Shown piece by piece: positions 10,145 through 20,665 of a DNA stretch of 64,000 nucleotides (positions within the stretch are counted from its first letter, which is position 1; each line of letters begins with the position of its first letter). This stretch comes from Patescibacteria group bacterium (GTDB taxonomy: Bacteria > Patescibacteriota > Dojkabacteria > J137). The notes below the pieces were generated by a model. The model made no database searches, was not told the origin of the DNA, and saw only the letters and a program-made list of their open reading frames with translations. The stretch is from positions 395,569 to 459,568 of the forward strand of contig BOLA01000001.1 in NCBI GenBank assembly GCA_016861265.1, given 5' to 3'. The translations under genes were made by a program, and so were the position numbers.

Positions 10145-10986
10145 TATTTCTTATTCCTAAAAAATACAATTACTATTAACATTGATATTATTACCAGCCC
10201 TACTCCGGTTATAAAGAAACTAGATTTGTGAGTGATATCATCTCTATAAATTATCAACAATGTTAAAAACAAAGTACTTATAAATGTCATGAAGGCATAT
10301 TTGTTGAATCTGTATAAGTCATCTGAGGTTCTAACCTGAAACTTGGTATTTATAGAGTTCATTAATGTTTCGCAGAATTCCTTTGCATAATTTAATTCTT
10401 CCTCAAGATAGGTCTTCTTATAGTTTAAAGAACTCTGCTGAGTCTTATTCATATAATCATCTACTAATTCAATTAACTTATTTTGATTAGCAAATATTAA
10501 TTTAAGACTAGAAATATTAATTTCTGCGTTTGTTAAATGTCTGATAACCTTGTAATTATCAGATTTATACAAATATTCTTTCCTAATCTCATCGGTATCG
10601 CCTAGTATGTGACTTACAATTCTTGAAACATCTTCAAATACTAAAGATAGAAATTTTTCAAAGAAGCCACCAAAAGTCTTAAAATTCATTTGAGCTATTT
10701 CTTGAGAGTATTTTTCAAAAAAATATGTAGAGTTATTTGCAAATACATCTACTGAGCCTTCCTTAGCGGGGAACACAATATTAATTTCTACCGTATCAAT
10801 TGCCTTTGTAGTCTTGTTGTACTCAGGTATATAGAAAATCATGAATAGATGTTCTTCTTCTTCTTTAAATTCTACTCTAGAATTTTCTGCAGTTATCTTA
10901 GACTTAATTGAATCGGGAACATCTATCTTTTTTAATACTGAATTTAATTCAGAATCGGATAGATTTAGGTGAAGGTTTATATTCAT
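10144..10986 (-). CDS. CorA-like divalent cation transporter, degenerate
   Basis: CorA-type soluble domain and two C-terminal TM helices; GMN signature absent. Confidence 0.6.
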   Translation of the reverse strand: MNINLHLNLSDSELNSVLKKIDVPDSIKSKITAENSRVEFKEEEEHLFMIFYIPEYNKTTKAIDTVEINIVFPAKEGSVDVFANNSTYFFEKYSQEIAQMNFKTFGGFFEKFLSLVFEDVSRIVSHILGDTDEIRKEYLYKSDNYKVIRHLTNAEINISSLKLIFANQNKLIELVDDYMNKTQQSSLNYKKTYLEEELNYAKEFCETLMNSINTKFQVRTSDDLYRFNKYAFMTFISTLFLTLLIIYRDDITHKSSFFITGVGLVIISMLIVIVFFRNKK

Positions 10987-11064
10987 AGAAAAGTGTTAAA
11001 TTTCTATTAATATATCACAAAAATAAATTACTTTACGAATTGGAATATAGAATACGTATAACTG

Positions 11065-12510
11065 TTACTCGCTTACTTGTAAAAGCTTCTGCAGCTCTTC
11101 TTCTGCAATTTTCGGATTTACCTTTCCCTGAGTCTGACGCATTACCTGACCAACTAATGCCTTTATTACATTTGGATTCTTTGCAAAATCAGAAACAAGC
11201 TTTGGATTCTCGTTAATTACTTTTTGTGCAACATCTGCAACAAAGCTTGAATCAGTAATCTGTGTGAGACCTTTAGATTCAATTATTACCTTAGCACTTC
11301 CTCCTTCTTCAAATATGGTATTTATTACATCTTTTGCTATAGTTCCGGAAATTGTCTTTTCTTGCATTTGCCTTACAAGTTCCAATAAATCTGTATTAGA
11401 AAGCTTCATTTCTAAAATAGAATGATCTCGTTTTTCCAAGTGACCAGAAATCTCGCCCACAATCCATTTTGCAGCCTCTTTAATCTCCTCTTTTATTTCT
11501 GTTAATTTTATAAATTCATCGAACCAATCTCCTTTTTGCTTATCTTCTACAAATATATCGGCCTGCTCTCCTTCGAGACCAAGTTCCATATATCTTTGTT
11601 TACGTTCATGAGGCAATTCTACAAGATTGTTTTTAATTTCTTCAATTTGAGAACTCTCAATTCTGATTGGAGGAATATCGGGTTCAGGAAAATATCTATA
11701 ATCATCTGAAGTTTCCTTTCCTCTTTGAAATAAAGTTTCCCCAGTCATTCCCTTTAAACCTCTTGTCTGAGGCTTTATTTTCTCACCTTTTTCTAGTAAT
11801 TCAGTCTGTCTTTTGACCTCAAAGTTTAAGACTTTCTCCAAAACAGAAATAGAGCCAATATTTTTAACCTCTACCTTGTAATCAGGTAATTGCCCGGCAG
11901 GCATTGTATCGGGTTTAACACTAATATTTAATTCAAATCGCATTTGTCCTTTTTGCATTTCAGCATCGGAAATATCAAGGTATTTAACAATCTGCTTTAG
12001 TCTTTTTGCAAATAGAATAACTTCTTCAATTGATTCAAAATCCGGATAGGTTACTATCTCAATTAATGGTACTCCAGATTTGTTGTAATCAATAAGTGTG
12101 TCATCGTTCTCTGAGTGTAGAGATTTCGCTGTGTCTTCCTCTAAATGAATTCTTTGAAGTCTAATTCTTCTTGAGTCTCCCATAACCTCAATTTCTACAT
12201 AACCATTCTCCCCTATTGGCTGGTCATACTGCGAAATTTGATAACCCTTTGGCAAATCAGGGTAAAAATAGTTCTTTCGGTCGAATTTAGTTTCTTGATT
12301 TATTGTGCAATTTAATGCAACAGCAAGTCTTAGAGCCTTGTTAAACGCTTCCTTGTTAGGAATAGGCAATGCTCCTGGTAAGCCAAAACATACTGGACAA
12401 ACATGTGAATTAGGTTCGCTTTCAAAATACTGAGACGAACATCGGCAAAACATTTTTGAGTTTGTTTTTACCTGTAAGTGAATTTCAAGCCCTACAACTG
12501 GTGAATACAT
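11065..12510 (-). CDS. gatB: Asp/Glu-tRNA amidotransferase subunit B
   Basis: GLEIH, FDRKNYFYPDLPKGYQISQ, HLEEDTAK, DYRYFPEPD motifs. Confidence 0.98.
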   Translation of the reverse strand: MYSPVVGLEIHLQVKTNSKMFCRCSSQYFESEPNSHVCPVCFGLPGALPIPNKEAFNKALRLAVALNCTINQETKFDRKNYFYPDLPKGYQISQYDQPIGENGYVEIEVMGDSRRIRLQRIHLEEDTAKSLHSENDDTLIDYNKSGVPLIEIVTYPDFESIEEVILFAKRLKQIVKYLDISDAEMQKGQMRFELNISVKPDTMPAGQLPDYKVEVKNIGSISVLEKVLNFEVKRQTELLEKGEKIKPQTRGLKGMTGETLFQRGKETSDDYRYFPEPDIPPIRIESSQIEEIKNNLVELPHERKQRYMELGLEGEQADIFVEDKQKGDWFDEFIKLTEIKEEIKEAAKWIVGEISGHLEKRDHSILEMKLSNTDLLELVRQMQEKTISGTIAKDVINTIFEEGGSAKVIIESKGLTQITDSSFVADVAQKVINENPKLVSDFAKNPNVIKALVGQVMRQTQGKVNPKIAEEELQKLLQVSE

Positions 12511-12633
12511 AATATTTGTTTAAACTGGATTGATTATATAGCATGCGGAGTTTTTTTTGTACTTGCAGCACAACTCAAGGATTATAAACGAATAAATTAG
12601 TATTATAGATTTGCGATATCACCGAAGACGGTT

Positions 12634-13395
12634 TTATTTAAAGAAGCAATCTACCGCAAATAGATCCTCCGCACTTTCAGTTGGACAAATTCCATTCGCT
12701 CTTCTCTCAAAAAAATTAGAGTCCTGTAATTTTACAGCTGAATCAGCAAAATCCGTCGGATAGACTTTCTCGCTAGTATGCTGCCAGAATGCTACAGAAA
12801 CTAGATAAAAGGATAGTAATACACCCATAAAAATCGCAATTTTCTTAATTTGTGTATTATGAATATATCTTGTTACCTTGCTTTTAAAAGTGACTTCTTT
12901 GTTTTCTGTTAAATCCTCTGCAAATGTACCGCTAATCCATAGAGACAAACCTATTCCGAAGAATGCCCCTGTTAAGAATCTTACTAAGTCGTTACTTGAG
13001 TATACCGGTATTCCCATCAAGCCGCCTTTATACGATAAATTCAACATAGTAAACACTGTTTGAATTCCTCCATCCAATCCAATTGGGATAGCAAAAGGAA
13101 TTACCCAATACCATTTAATCGGTTTTATCTTATTATATTTTAATGCCCATGCTACGAATGCTACACCTGCCCATATTCCTGCATCTCTTGCACACCAAGC
13201 GTACTGGTAATCGAATAGGTGAATCGATCTGGTCGCGAATTGATGACAAAAGAAACTATAAATAAAGTAAATTATCTTTGCTGGGAATATTAAACCCAAC
13301 TTCAGTAAAACAGGGGCGAGAATTGGGAGCGCAACAAGTGTTGTTAATACGCCTAAATACCAATTATAAAAGATTTCTGAAGACTTTTTTGTCAT
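12634..13395 (-). CDS. DUF2085-type membrane protein
   Basis: FCHQ..RS, CARD.GI, P.GLDG..Q, RFLTG.FFG motifs. Confidence 0.8.
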   Translation of the reverse strand: MTKKSSEIFYNWYLGVLTTLVALPILAPVLLKLGLIFPAKIIYFIYSFFCHQFATRSIHLFDYQYAWCARDAGIWAGVAFVAWALKYNKIKPIKWYWVIPFAIPIGLDGGIQTVFTMLNLSYKGGLMGIPVYSSNDLVRFLTGAFFGIGLSLWISGTFAEDLTENKEVTFKSKVTRYIHNTQIKKIAIFMGVLLSFYLVSVAFWQHTSEKVYPTDFADSAVKLQDSNFFERRANGICPTESAEDLFAVDCFFK

Positions 13396-13397
13396 AG

Positions 13398-14096
13398 TTA
13401 ATTAATTTCAGTACCTATAAATGCATTGCCAGTTAGTAGATTTTTTAGATTCTCAAAATCCATTCCGCTAACAACATAGAATGTTATACCATTTTCCTTC
13501 GCCAATCTAGCAGCAATTGGATCTACAGGTAAATTAGCCCCCGGGGTGTGCTTTTCTGGATTACCAATAATTCCTAAGTATTCATCCCAATCAACCTTTG
13601 ACAATCTTTTTGCATTAGGGTTCTTATCGGGATCTTCTGAGTAAACAGCATCAATATCCTTTAAGGTTACTATTTGCTTGGCTCCTAAACGCTTAGCTAG
13701 CCAAGTTGCATCCCAATCACTGCTAGGTCCCGGCTGACCAGCACCCGCAATTAGGAATCTTTTATTAAATTTAATCGGCGAATCTGAATTTAAATCGCCT
13801 AGACCTAGAATCTTGTCTTCGGCTAGATTACCAAAGACACTCCTTAACATTACCGCGTTCATATTACACGCAACAGTTCCAATATAATGCTGATCGTATT
13901 CTGGGTAGTTATTATCCTTTAATAATTGTTGATATTCTCTACTAATATTGCCACCCCCAGTTATTAGTACAAATTTTAGATTTGAATCTACTGAATTAAA
14001 AAATTCTTTTATCCTTTGGGCTTCTTGAAAATCGAAAAGTTTATCCTTTAAAGATAAAACAGAGCCACCAATTTTTACAACGAAGATATTTTCCAT
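13398..14096 (-). CDS. pyrH: UMP kinase, archaeal type
   Basis: VKIGGSV, TGGGNISREY, PG.SSD, VYSEDP.KNPNA, H.PG.N.PVDP.AA motifs. Confidence 0.9.
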   Translation of the reverse strand: MENIFVVKIGGSVLSLKDKLFDFQEAQRIKEFFNSVDSNLKFVLITGGGNISREYQQLLKDNNYPEYDQHYIGTVACNMNAVMLRSVFGNLAEDKILGLGDLNSDSPIKFNKRFLIAGAGQPGPSSDWDATWLAKRLGAKQIVTLKDIDAVYSEDPDKNPNAKRLSKVDWDEYLGIIGNPEKHTPGANLPVDPIAARLAKENGITFYVVSGMDFENLKNLLTGNAFIGTEIN

Positions 14097-14162
14097 AAAA
14101 ATTCTTAAGTTATTACTTTATATCACAGCTTATATAATCAATAAAGGAATTAAGAAGGGATT

Positions 14163-14182
14163 GCCTCCGAATTATCGGAGGC
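14163..14182 (-). terminator. GC hairpin 3' of the 14189-14548 cassette
   Basis: GCCTCCGA-ATTA-TCGGAGGC perfect 8-bp stem. Confidence 0.65.
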
Positions 14183-14188
14183 GTCTCC

Positions 14189-14548
14189 TCACAGCCTAGG
14201 ATTAGATGTTATTTCTGGCTGAGGCGGTACTCTTCGCCTTCTGCGGAAATGCTCCTTTCGATCCCAGAGACCGAATATTGCATGACTAGCCACCGCAATC
14301 AGAAAGCCCCACATTGTGAGATTGCCAATGTTCATGTATATCTCACTTCCGGTTTCGAAGTGTACGATATAGCAACCCCAGCCTCCGCCTGCGAACACCA
14401 GTATCGACAATACGCTTATCAGAACAGAATAGTGATCATCCCGTTCCATAAAGCGGATTACGACTTGTGCTACGAAGATGATAACCGCGACTACGGACAA
14501 CACAGGTGCAATATATGCCGTAGCTTTAATTAGCCAAACTAGCTGCAC
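14189..14548 (-). CDS. GC-rich orphan 3-TM membrane protein with poly-Arg tail
   Basis: GTG start with GGAGGTG SD 4 nt upstream; TGTTATAAT at 14592-14584; about 50% GC by hand count of three lines. Confidence 0.75.
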   Translation of the reverse strand: MQLVWLIKATAYIAPVLSVVAVIIFVAQVVIRFMERDDHYSVLISVLSILVFAGGGWGCYIVHFETGSEIYMNIGNLTMWGFLIAVASHAIFGLWDRKEHFRRRRRVPPQPEITSNPRL

Positions 14549-14626
14549 GATACACCTCCCAGGTTTACAATGAGCAGTAGCTAATTATAACATTGGTTGG
14601 CTATTTAAAGCCTCTTACAGAATTAA

Positions 14627-14845
14627 TGCTATAATAAATCCGAATAAAAGCAGAAGTTTGATAATAATTAGCACAAAAACTTCAGTAAAAAGCCTAAGAG
14701 AACTGATTTATATTGAATTGCCGAAGAAATTCAACTATAAAAAATCCCTCAGAATATCTTCTTTTTAACGAATAGTTTGTTAATTACCCTATAACTTGGA
14801 ATTGAATAACTTTTGCAACTAAATTAAAATACATTAAAAATAAAT
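14627..14845 (+). promoter_or_regulatory. extended -10 promoter and ~200-nt 5' leader of rnj
   Basis: TGCTATAAT at 14627-14635; hairpins at 14653-14683, 14713-14734 and 14765-14783. Confidence 0.5.
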
Positions 14846-16609
14846 ATGGAAAACTTAGAAACAAAGAAAGAAGTTCCTGCGCAGGAACCAAAATTAAATT
14901 TTGGTGGACTTGAAAAAAGACCTACGCACAAAAGAACAGCACCACAAGGTGATTTAAAAATTATACCGTTGGGCGGAGTTGAAGAAATAGGTATTAACTG
15001 TACCGCATACGAATACAACAACGACATTCTTATAGTTGATTTAGGATTGGGATTTTCTGAATTCGACTATTATGGAATCGACGCAGTTGTTCCGGATATT
15101 AAGTACCTTGTACCTAAAAGAAAAAGAATTAAAGGTATTTTTGTAACTCACGGTCACTTAGACCATATAGGTGCGTTTCCTTATCTAATTGAGGAATTAG
15201 GATTCCCACCAGTGTATGGATCTAAATTCACAATTGAGATGATAAAACAGAGAGTTGATGAGATACCTGGCCTACTACAAAGATTATTGCCTAAACTACA
15301 TGTTGTAGAGGAAAAAGACGTAGTTAAGCTTGGTAGCTTTAAGCTTGAATTCTTTCATGTAAACCACTCAATTCCTCAGTGTCTGGGAGTTTGTATACAA
15401 ACACCAACAGCAAGAGTTGTACAAACAGGAGACTTTAAATTTGACAATACTCCAATTAACGAACCCGTAGCAAACTTTGGAAAAATTGTTGAGTTCGGTA
15501 ATAGAGGCGTAGATGTTCTACTTGCTGACTCTACTAATTCACTTAAGAAAGGATATCCGGTTTCGGAGAGCGACGTCGCAAAAAACTTGGAAGATGCTAT
15601 TGATAGAGCTGAAGGAAGAGTTATTGTTGGTACGTTCTCGGGCTTAGTAGGTAGACTTTACCAACTAATTCAAATTGCAGTAAAGCAAAAAAGGAAAGTG
15701 GCTATTGCCGGCTTTTCTATGAACAAAACTTTAACACTAGCACAAGAAATCGGTTATATAAAAATACCACCTGGATTATTAATTCAGATGAAAGATGTAA
15801 TGAGATACGATCCTTCACAGGTATTAATATTAACAACGGGAGCACAAGGTGAGCCCGATGCCGCGTTAAGTAAAATGTCCTCCGAAGATTATAAAGGTTA
15901 TCAAATACAAAAAGGTGACAAAGTAATTATTTCGGCTAAAACAATTCCAGGTAACGATAGGGCCGTTCAGTTAATGGTAGACAACATTACAAGAAGAGGA
16001 GCTACCGTAGCACAATTGGATGATCTTGATTTATTCACATCAGGACACGGTTACCAGGAAGACCAGAAAATAATGTTGAACTTGGTAAAACCAAAATTCT
16101 TTATGCCAGTTCATGGGTACCAATATTTCTTAAGGGCACACGGCGAAACAGCTGTAAAAGTTGGAGTAAAAAGAGAGAATCTTATTATTGCACAAAGAGG
16201 CTGTGTTATTGAGGGTAATAGATTCAAAGGTTTTAAGATAACAAGAAAGTTTCCTTGTGAACCATTAATAGTATCGGGATCAGGGGTTGGCGATATTGGA
16301 ACAGTTGTTCTAAAAGAAAGAGAACAAATGGCTAACTACGGAATGATTATTATAAGTTTGATGGCCGACAAAGATAGAAAACTTACAAGATCACCATTCG
16401 TATTAACAAGAGGATTTGTATATGTAAAAAAGAATCAGGAATTAATTCAATACATTTCTGATAGTGTAGAAAAAATATACGCGGGTGCTATAAAAGATGG
16501 TTTAGACAATAATGCTATTAAGGATGCACTATCTAACGAAATTGGAAGATTAGTGTTTAAGGAAACAGAAAGAGAGCCAATAATAATGACTATACTAAAT
16601 TACGTCTAA
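14846..16609 (+). CDS. rnj: ribonuclease J
   Basis: PLGGVEEIG.N, THGHLDHIG, HSIP, TGDFKFD, TGAQGEP, SGHG, PVHG motifs. Confidence 0.97.
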   Translation: MENLETKKEVPAQEPKLNFGGLEKRPTHKRTAPQGDLKIIPLGGVEEIGINCTAYEYNNDILIVDLGLGFSEFDYYGIDAVVPDIKYLVPKRKRIKGIFVTHGHLDHIGAFPYLIEELGFPPVYGSKFTIEMIKQRVDEIPGLLQRLLPKLHVVEEKDVVKLGSFKLEFFHVNHSIPQCLGVCIQTPTARVVQTGDFKFDNTPINEPVANFGKIVEFGNRGVDVLLADSTNSLKKGYPVSESDVAKNLEDAIDRAEGRVIVGTFSGLVGRLYQLIQIAVKQKRKVAIAGFSMNKTLTLAQEIGYIKIPPGLLIQMKDVMRYDPSQVLILTTGAQGEPDAALSKMSSEDYKGYQIQKGDKVIISAKTIPGNDRAVQLMVDNITRRGATVAQLDDLDLFTSGHGYQEDQKIMLNLVKPKFFMPVHGYQYFLRAHGETAVKVGVKRENLIIAQRGCVIEGNRFKGFKITRKFPCEPLIVSGSGVGDIGTVVLKEREQMANYGMIIISLMADKDRKLTRSPFVLTRGFVYVKKNQELIQYISDSVEKIYAGAIKDGLDNNAIKDALSNEIGRLVFKETEREPIIMTILNYV

Positions 16610-16956
16610 GGATTTAGTGCACTTTCGAGGTCATTGCTTAGTGTTATGTTCTTAAAGCTTAGCCGGAGTTGAATAATAATTGCTTTTTGTAAATCAATTC
16701 CGGTTATGTGAGGCTGCTGGATTAACGACAGAATATCTCTAAGCAATTTCTCCTTATGAATTTCAAAATCATCAGGATTAGTTTCTACCGAGACTTCACC
16801 CTGCCAAAAGCTAAGAAAAGGATTCGAAGACTTTCTACTGAATATTATTACGAAAGAATTAAGGTAATCGATAAAATCAAAGTATATATCGCCAAAAGGA
16901 GTACTATAGTCGGGAAATGGCATTTCTTTGGGGTAAAGATCAATTCCCCTTCTCAA
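16606..16956 (-). CDS. hypothetical protein
   Basis: ORF directly follows 16959-17228; no recognised motif. Confidence 0.5.
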   Translation of the reverse strand: MRRGIDLYPKEMPFPDYSTPFGDIYFDFIDYLNSFVIIFSRKSSNPFLSFWQGEVSVETNPDDFEIHKEKLLRDILSLIQQPHITGIDLQKAIIIQLRLSFKNITLSNDLESALNP

Positions 16957-16958
16957 GG

Positions 16959-17228
16959 TTAAATTCTAACTCGTGTTTGCAGGTACTTTACCAAATAGTA
17001 GCTTAATGGTGTTAGCACTGCACCTAATAAGAAAGAGTTTATTAACCTGGCAAAAAATGAAGACAAGCCAGAAGTATTTGTTAGATTAATTGGAAATCCG
17101 TATAAGAATGAACCCTTTAGTAATTCAATTGCCAAGAAATTAATCAATGCACTAACAATTACGGCAACTATAAAGGAAAAGATCCATAACTGTTTTGCAA
17201 CCGGATCCATTTGATTAAACATAGTCAT
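16959..17228 (-). CDS. small 2-TM membrane protein
   Basis: two hydrophobic helices. Confidence 0.65.
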   Translation of the reverse strand: MTMFNQMDPVAKQLWIFSFIVAVIVSALINFLAIELLKGSFLYGFPINLTNTSGLSSFFARLINSFLLGAVLTPLSYYLVKYLQTRVRI

Positions 17229-17280
17229 ACTTTTAAAGATATTACTAGTATTTTAAGGAAATTAGCAGCTATTTACAAGC

Positions 17281-18579
17281 TTAAAAAAGAGTTCTGATTT
17301 GACTCCAGGTTTTATCTGCGGTCTTTTCCCAGTCGTACCTTTCTGCCACAGCCCTACCCTTTTTAATAAACTCCTGCTGAAGGTTGTTGTCTCTTAGGTA
17401 TTCAATTATTTCTTTACTTGCCTTCTCTATATTTGCAGAATCAACTAAATACGCACCGCCATCTGTAACTTCTGGCAAACATGAGTAATTGCCAACCACT
17501 GCAGGTACTTGGGCCGCCATTGCCTGTAAAGGACCAAAACTGAATCCTTCGTACTTAGAAAAGTTAAAGTAGCAGTAGGCTTCTTTAATTAAGACCGTTA
17601 GGTCTTCATCACTGACCCTATCAGTAGTTGTTATATTTTCTAGAAGTCCATTTCTTTTTAACTCCTTAAGCACTCTATCGGCCCTTTCATTTTTTGGTTT
17701 AATTTTTGAACCTGTGGCCTTTGTAAAGTCCTTCCCAACCAAAACAAGCTTATTAGGTACATTATCAATATTAGATTCGGTTATTACTTTAAATAGTTTT
17801 ATTAAATCAAAAATACCTTTGTTTTTCTCTAAACCTGAATCGTAAATAAAGTATTTTTTTTCTTCGAGAGAAAATGCCTTCATTACGTGAGTCAACAATT
17901 TGGGATCAGTATCTTCAAAAAATTTTTCATCAACACCTAGATATATCGGGTAGATTTTCTCTTCCTTTACTCTTCCGTGTTTTACCAAATCTTTTTTAGA
18001 GAAATTAGAGTTTGTTAATACTAGGTCAGCATGCCTTATTCCATTGAACATTGAACGGTAGAATATTCCTTTAAGAATATTATGGATAAAACTTTTAGAA
18101 GAATAACTGTTTGTTGCAATTGGAATTGCATCGTGGGCCATTACTACTGTTTTAGGAACAAACGAAAGCTCTCTTTTTAATATCCAGGTAGAAGGTAATC
18201 CTCTTTCAAAGTTTACCGAGAAATATACATCAGGTTTGATTTCTTCAATCGCAGGTTTAAAAGTTAATTTCCATCTTTTAATATTTCCAACACTTGAATC
18301 CACTGCTTCTCCCAATGAATAAAAGCCGATTGTTTTAATATATTGGTCAACACTGAATTGAGACAATCCTAATGCAATGAGATTTTTTTTAAGGTCGTAG
18401 AAACCAACAAAATATACTTCTATGCTGTCTTCCAAAGCTAGTTTAATAATTCTTTTTATGACTTCTTTACCGTACTTACCAATCCCTCTAAATGAATACT
18501 GATCAAAGAGAAATGTAGTGTCGATTAGTAATCTTTTTGTCTCAATCTGTTCACTTTGAGTTTGTGCGTTGTCTTGCAT
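17281..18579 (-). CDS. GT4 glycosyltransferase
   Basis: RGIGKY, HDAIP, SNFSKKD, S.YEGFSFGPLQAMA (second Glu of EX7E replaced by Gln). Confidence 0.9.
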   Translation of the reverse strand: MQDNAQTQSEQIETKRLLIDTTFLFDQYSFRGIGKYGKEVIKRIIKLALEDSIEVYFVGFYDLKKNLIALGLSQFSVDQYIKTIGFYSLGEAVDSSVGNIKRWKLTFKPAIEEIKPDVYFSVNFERGLPSTWILKRELSFVPKTVVMAHDAIPIATNSYSSKSFIHNILKGIFYRSMFNGIRHADLVLTNSNFSKKDLVKHGRVKEEKIYPIYLGVDEKFFEDTDPKLLTHVMKAFSLEEKKYFIYDSGLEKNKGIFDLIKLFKVITESNIDNVPNKLVLVGKDFTKATGSKIKPKNERADRVLKELKRNGLLENITTTDRVSDEDLTVLIKEAYCYFNFSKYEGFSFGPLQAMAAQVPAVVGNYSCLPEVTDGGAYLVDSANIEKASKEIIEYLRDNNLQQEFIKKGRAVAERYDWEKTADKTWSQIRTLF

Positions 18580-18677
18580 AAAATTATTTTAATACTTTAT
18601 TGATAGATTAAGAACAAGATTTTAACTCGAGATTGTAAAATAAACATTAAAAAATTTATTAATGCTAAAATTTATAC

Positions 18678-19628
18678 ATGACAACAGCAATAATAATTGT
18701 AAATTATCAAACTGCAAAGTATTTAAAAAAGTGCTTGAGATCTGTATTTAAGAATACTCAAGATTTTAAAGTTATTCTTGTTCAAAATTCCCCTGATGAA
18801 GATTCAATTAAAGTTCAAGTTGAGTTTCAGAGAAAATACCCTGATCTAATTCATGTAATAACACACGGCAGAAATTTAGGTTTTGTAGGTGGAATTAACT
18901 CTGCATTTGAGGAAGCAATAAAATATGAAAAAATATGTTTGCTAAATAGCGATGTTGAAGTTACAAGAAATTGGCTAGCTGAATTAAACAAACTTTTAGA
19001 TGATCCGGAAATTGTTCAAATTAGTCCGGATACAAACACTCTTCATATATATAGAGAACCATTATTAAATAGAATTCTAAGAAGAACTCCTTTGGGTGCT
19101 TACAAAATATTATTCAAACCACTTAAATCTTTAGCAGACACTAAAGGATTTAAAGAATACTCTCAATTCTATGAATTCCCGGGAGGCTATTGCAACGTGT
19201 TCAAATCGGAGTTCTTTAAAGAACCCTATTCAAGAAAGGATTACTTTGTTGACCCCAATATTATTCATGGCTACTGGGACGAGTTTGACTTAACAAACTA
19301 CCTAAGATTATTTGGAAAAGTTGGCTGGACCGACAATTCTTATGTATATCATTACTATAATGTGAGCTTTAACAAGATAAAAGAAGATGCTCAAGGAATG
19401 AAAGAAAAGCTTCAATTACTTAACGGGTTATATGTAATGCAAAAATGGAAAGATTATATGTTTAAATCATTATCCGAAATGCCTATACAAGTATTAATAG
19501 ACAGAAACGATTCCTATGTGGTAAAAATGGCACTATCATATTTGGGAATTCTTCAAACAAATCCGAATGCGGAGGAATATATAAATTCAATACCCGCAAA
19601 AGAAATAGGAGAAAAATTCTTAAAATAA
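18678..19628 (+). CDS. GT2 glycosyltransferase
   Basis: IIIVNY, NLGFVGGIN, LLNSDV motifs; TGCTAAAAT 6 nt before ATG. Confidence 0.9.
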   Translation: MTTAIIIVNYQTAKYLKKCLRSVFKNTQDFKVILVQNSPDEDSIKVQVEFQRKYPDLIHVITHGRNLGFVGGINSAFEEAIKYEKICLLNSDVEVTRNWLAELNKLLDDPEIVQISPDTNTLHIYREPLLNRILRRTPLGAYKILFKPLKSLADTKGFKEYSQFYEFPGGYCNVFKSEFFKEPYSRKDYFVDPNIIHGYWDEFDLTNYLRLFGKVGWTDNSYVYHYYNVSFNKIKEDAQGMKEKLQLLNGLYVMQKWKDYMFKSLSEMPIQVLIDRNDSYVVKMALSYLGILQTNPNAEEYINSIPAKEIGEKFLK

Positions 19629-19652
19629 TATTTATAATTAAAAAATTTGCTT

Positions 19653-20639
19653 ATGAAATTAGCTGTAGTTACCGGTTCGGCCGGATTTATAGGGACCAAT
19701 CTTGTGAAATTATTACTTGAGAAAGAATACTATGTTATAGGTATTGATAATTTTTACTCCAGTGAACAATGGAAGTCTGAACTTTTTAAGGAAAATGATA
19801 ACTACGAGTTTATAATGCATGACATTGTAAAACCATATATTGATATTGTAGAAAATTCCAGACTATTTAAATTGCATGGTAAAGTTGATGAAATCTATAA
19901 TTTAGCATGTCCTGCATCTCCACCTAGATATATTGATTTATCTTTGGAGACAATTAGAATTAATACCGACGGAGTGTTCAATGCACTAGAATTAGCAAAA
20001 AAACATAATGCAAAAATATTGCATACTTCAACTTCCGAAGTATACGGTGATCCTCTTGTTCATCCACAGGTAGAAAGTTATAGAGGTAATGTTAATACCG
20101 TTGGGCCACGAAGCTGCTACGACGAAGGGAAAAGAATTAGCGAGACCATTTGTTACGAATATAAAAGATTATTCAATACAAAAATTAAGTTAGTTAGAAT
20201 TTTTAATACTTATGGTCCTTACATGGACCCTAACGATGGTAGAGTTATTACCAATTTTATTAATCAGGCTTTAAAGGGTGAAAATCTAACAATATACGAA
20301 GAAGGCAAGCAAACCAGATCTTTTCAATATATTGATGATTTATTAGAAGCGTTCCTAAAATTAATGGCAACGGAAGATGACTTTTATGGACCAATAAATT
20401 TGGGTAATCCGGACGAATTTACAATAAAAGAATTAGCTGAGATAGTGCTTGAGCTGATTGAGTCAAAAAGTCAAATTGATTATATAAAAATGGATGCCAA
20501 TAACCCATATAAATCATCACACGATCCGCAGCAACGAAGACCAGATATAAGTCTTGCAAAAGAAAAGTTGAACTGGGAGCCTAAAATAAAATTAAGAGAT
20601 GGTTTAGTAAAAACAATTGAATACTATAAAAGTCTGTAA
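19653..20639 (+). CDS. uxs: UDP-glucuronate decarboxylase (UDP-xylose synthase)
   Basis: GSAGFIG, YNLACPASP, STSEVYGDP, RSCYDEGKR, RIFNTYGP, DPQQRRPDI; ATG at 19653 preferred over TTG at 19647. Confidence 0.92.
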   Translation: MKLAVVTGSAGFIGTNLVKLLLEKEYYVIGIDNFYSSEQWKSELFKENDNYEFIMHDIVKPYIDIVENSRLFKLHGKVDEIYNLACPASPPRYIDLSLETIRINTDGVFNALELAKKHNAKILHTSTSEVYGDPLVHPQVESYRGNVNTVGPRSCYDEGKRISETICYEYKRLFNTKIKLVRIFNTYGPYMDPNDGRVITNFINQALKGENLTIYEEGKQTRSFQYIDDLLEAFLKLMATEDDFYGPINLGNPDEFTIKELAEIVLELIESKSQIDYIKMDANNPYKSSHDPQQRRPDISLAKEKLNWEPKIKLRDGLVKTIEYYKSL

Positions 20640-20642
20640 CTT

Positions 20643-20665
20643 AAAGCGCGGCAAAGCCGCGCTTT
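20643..20665. terminator. bidirectional terminator
   Basis: AAAGCGCGGC-AAA-GCCGCGCTTT between convergent genes. Confidence 0.8.
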
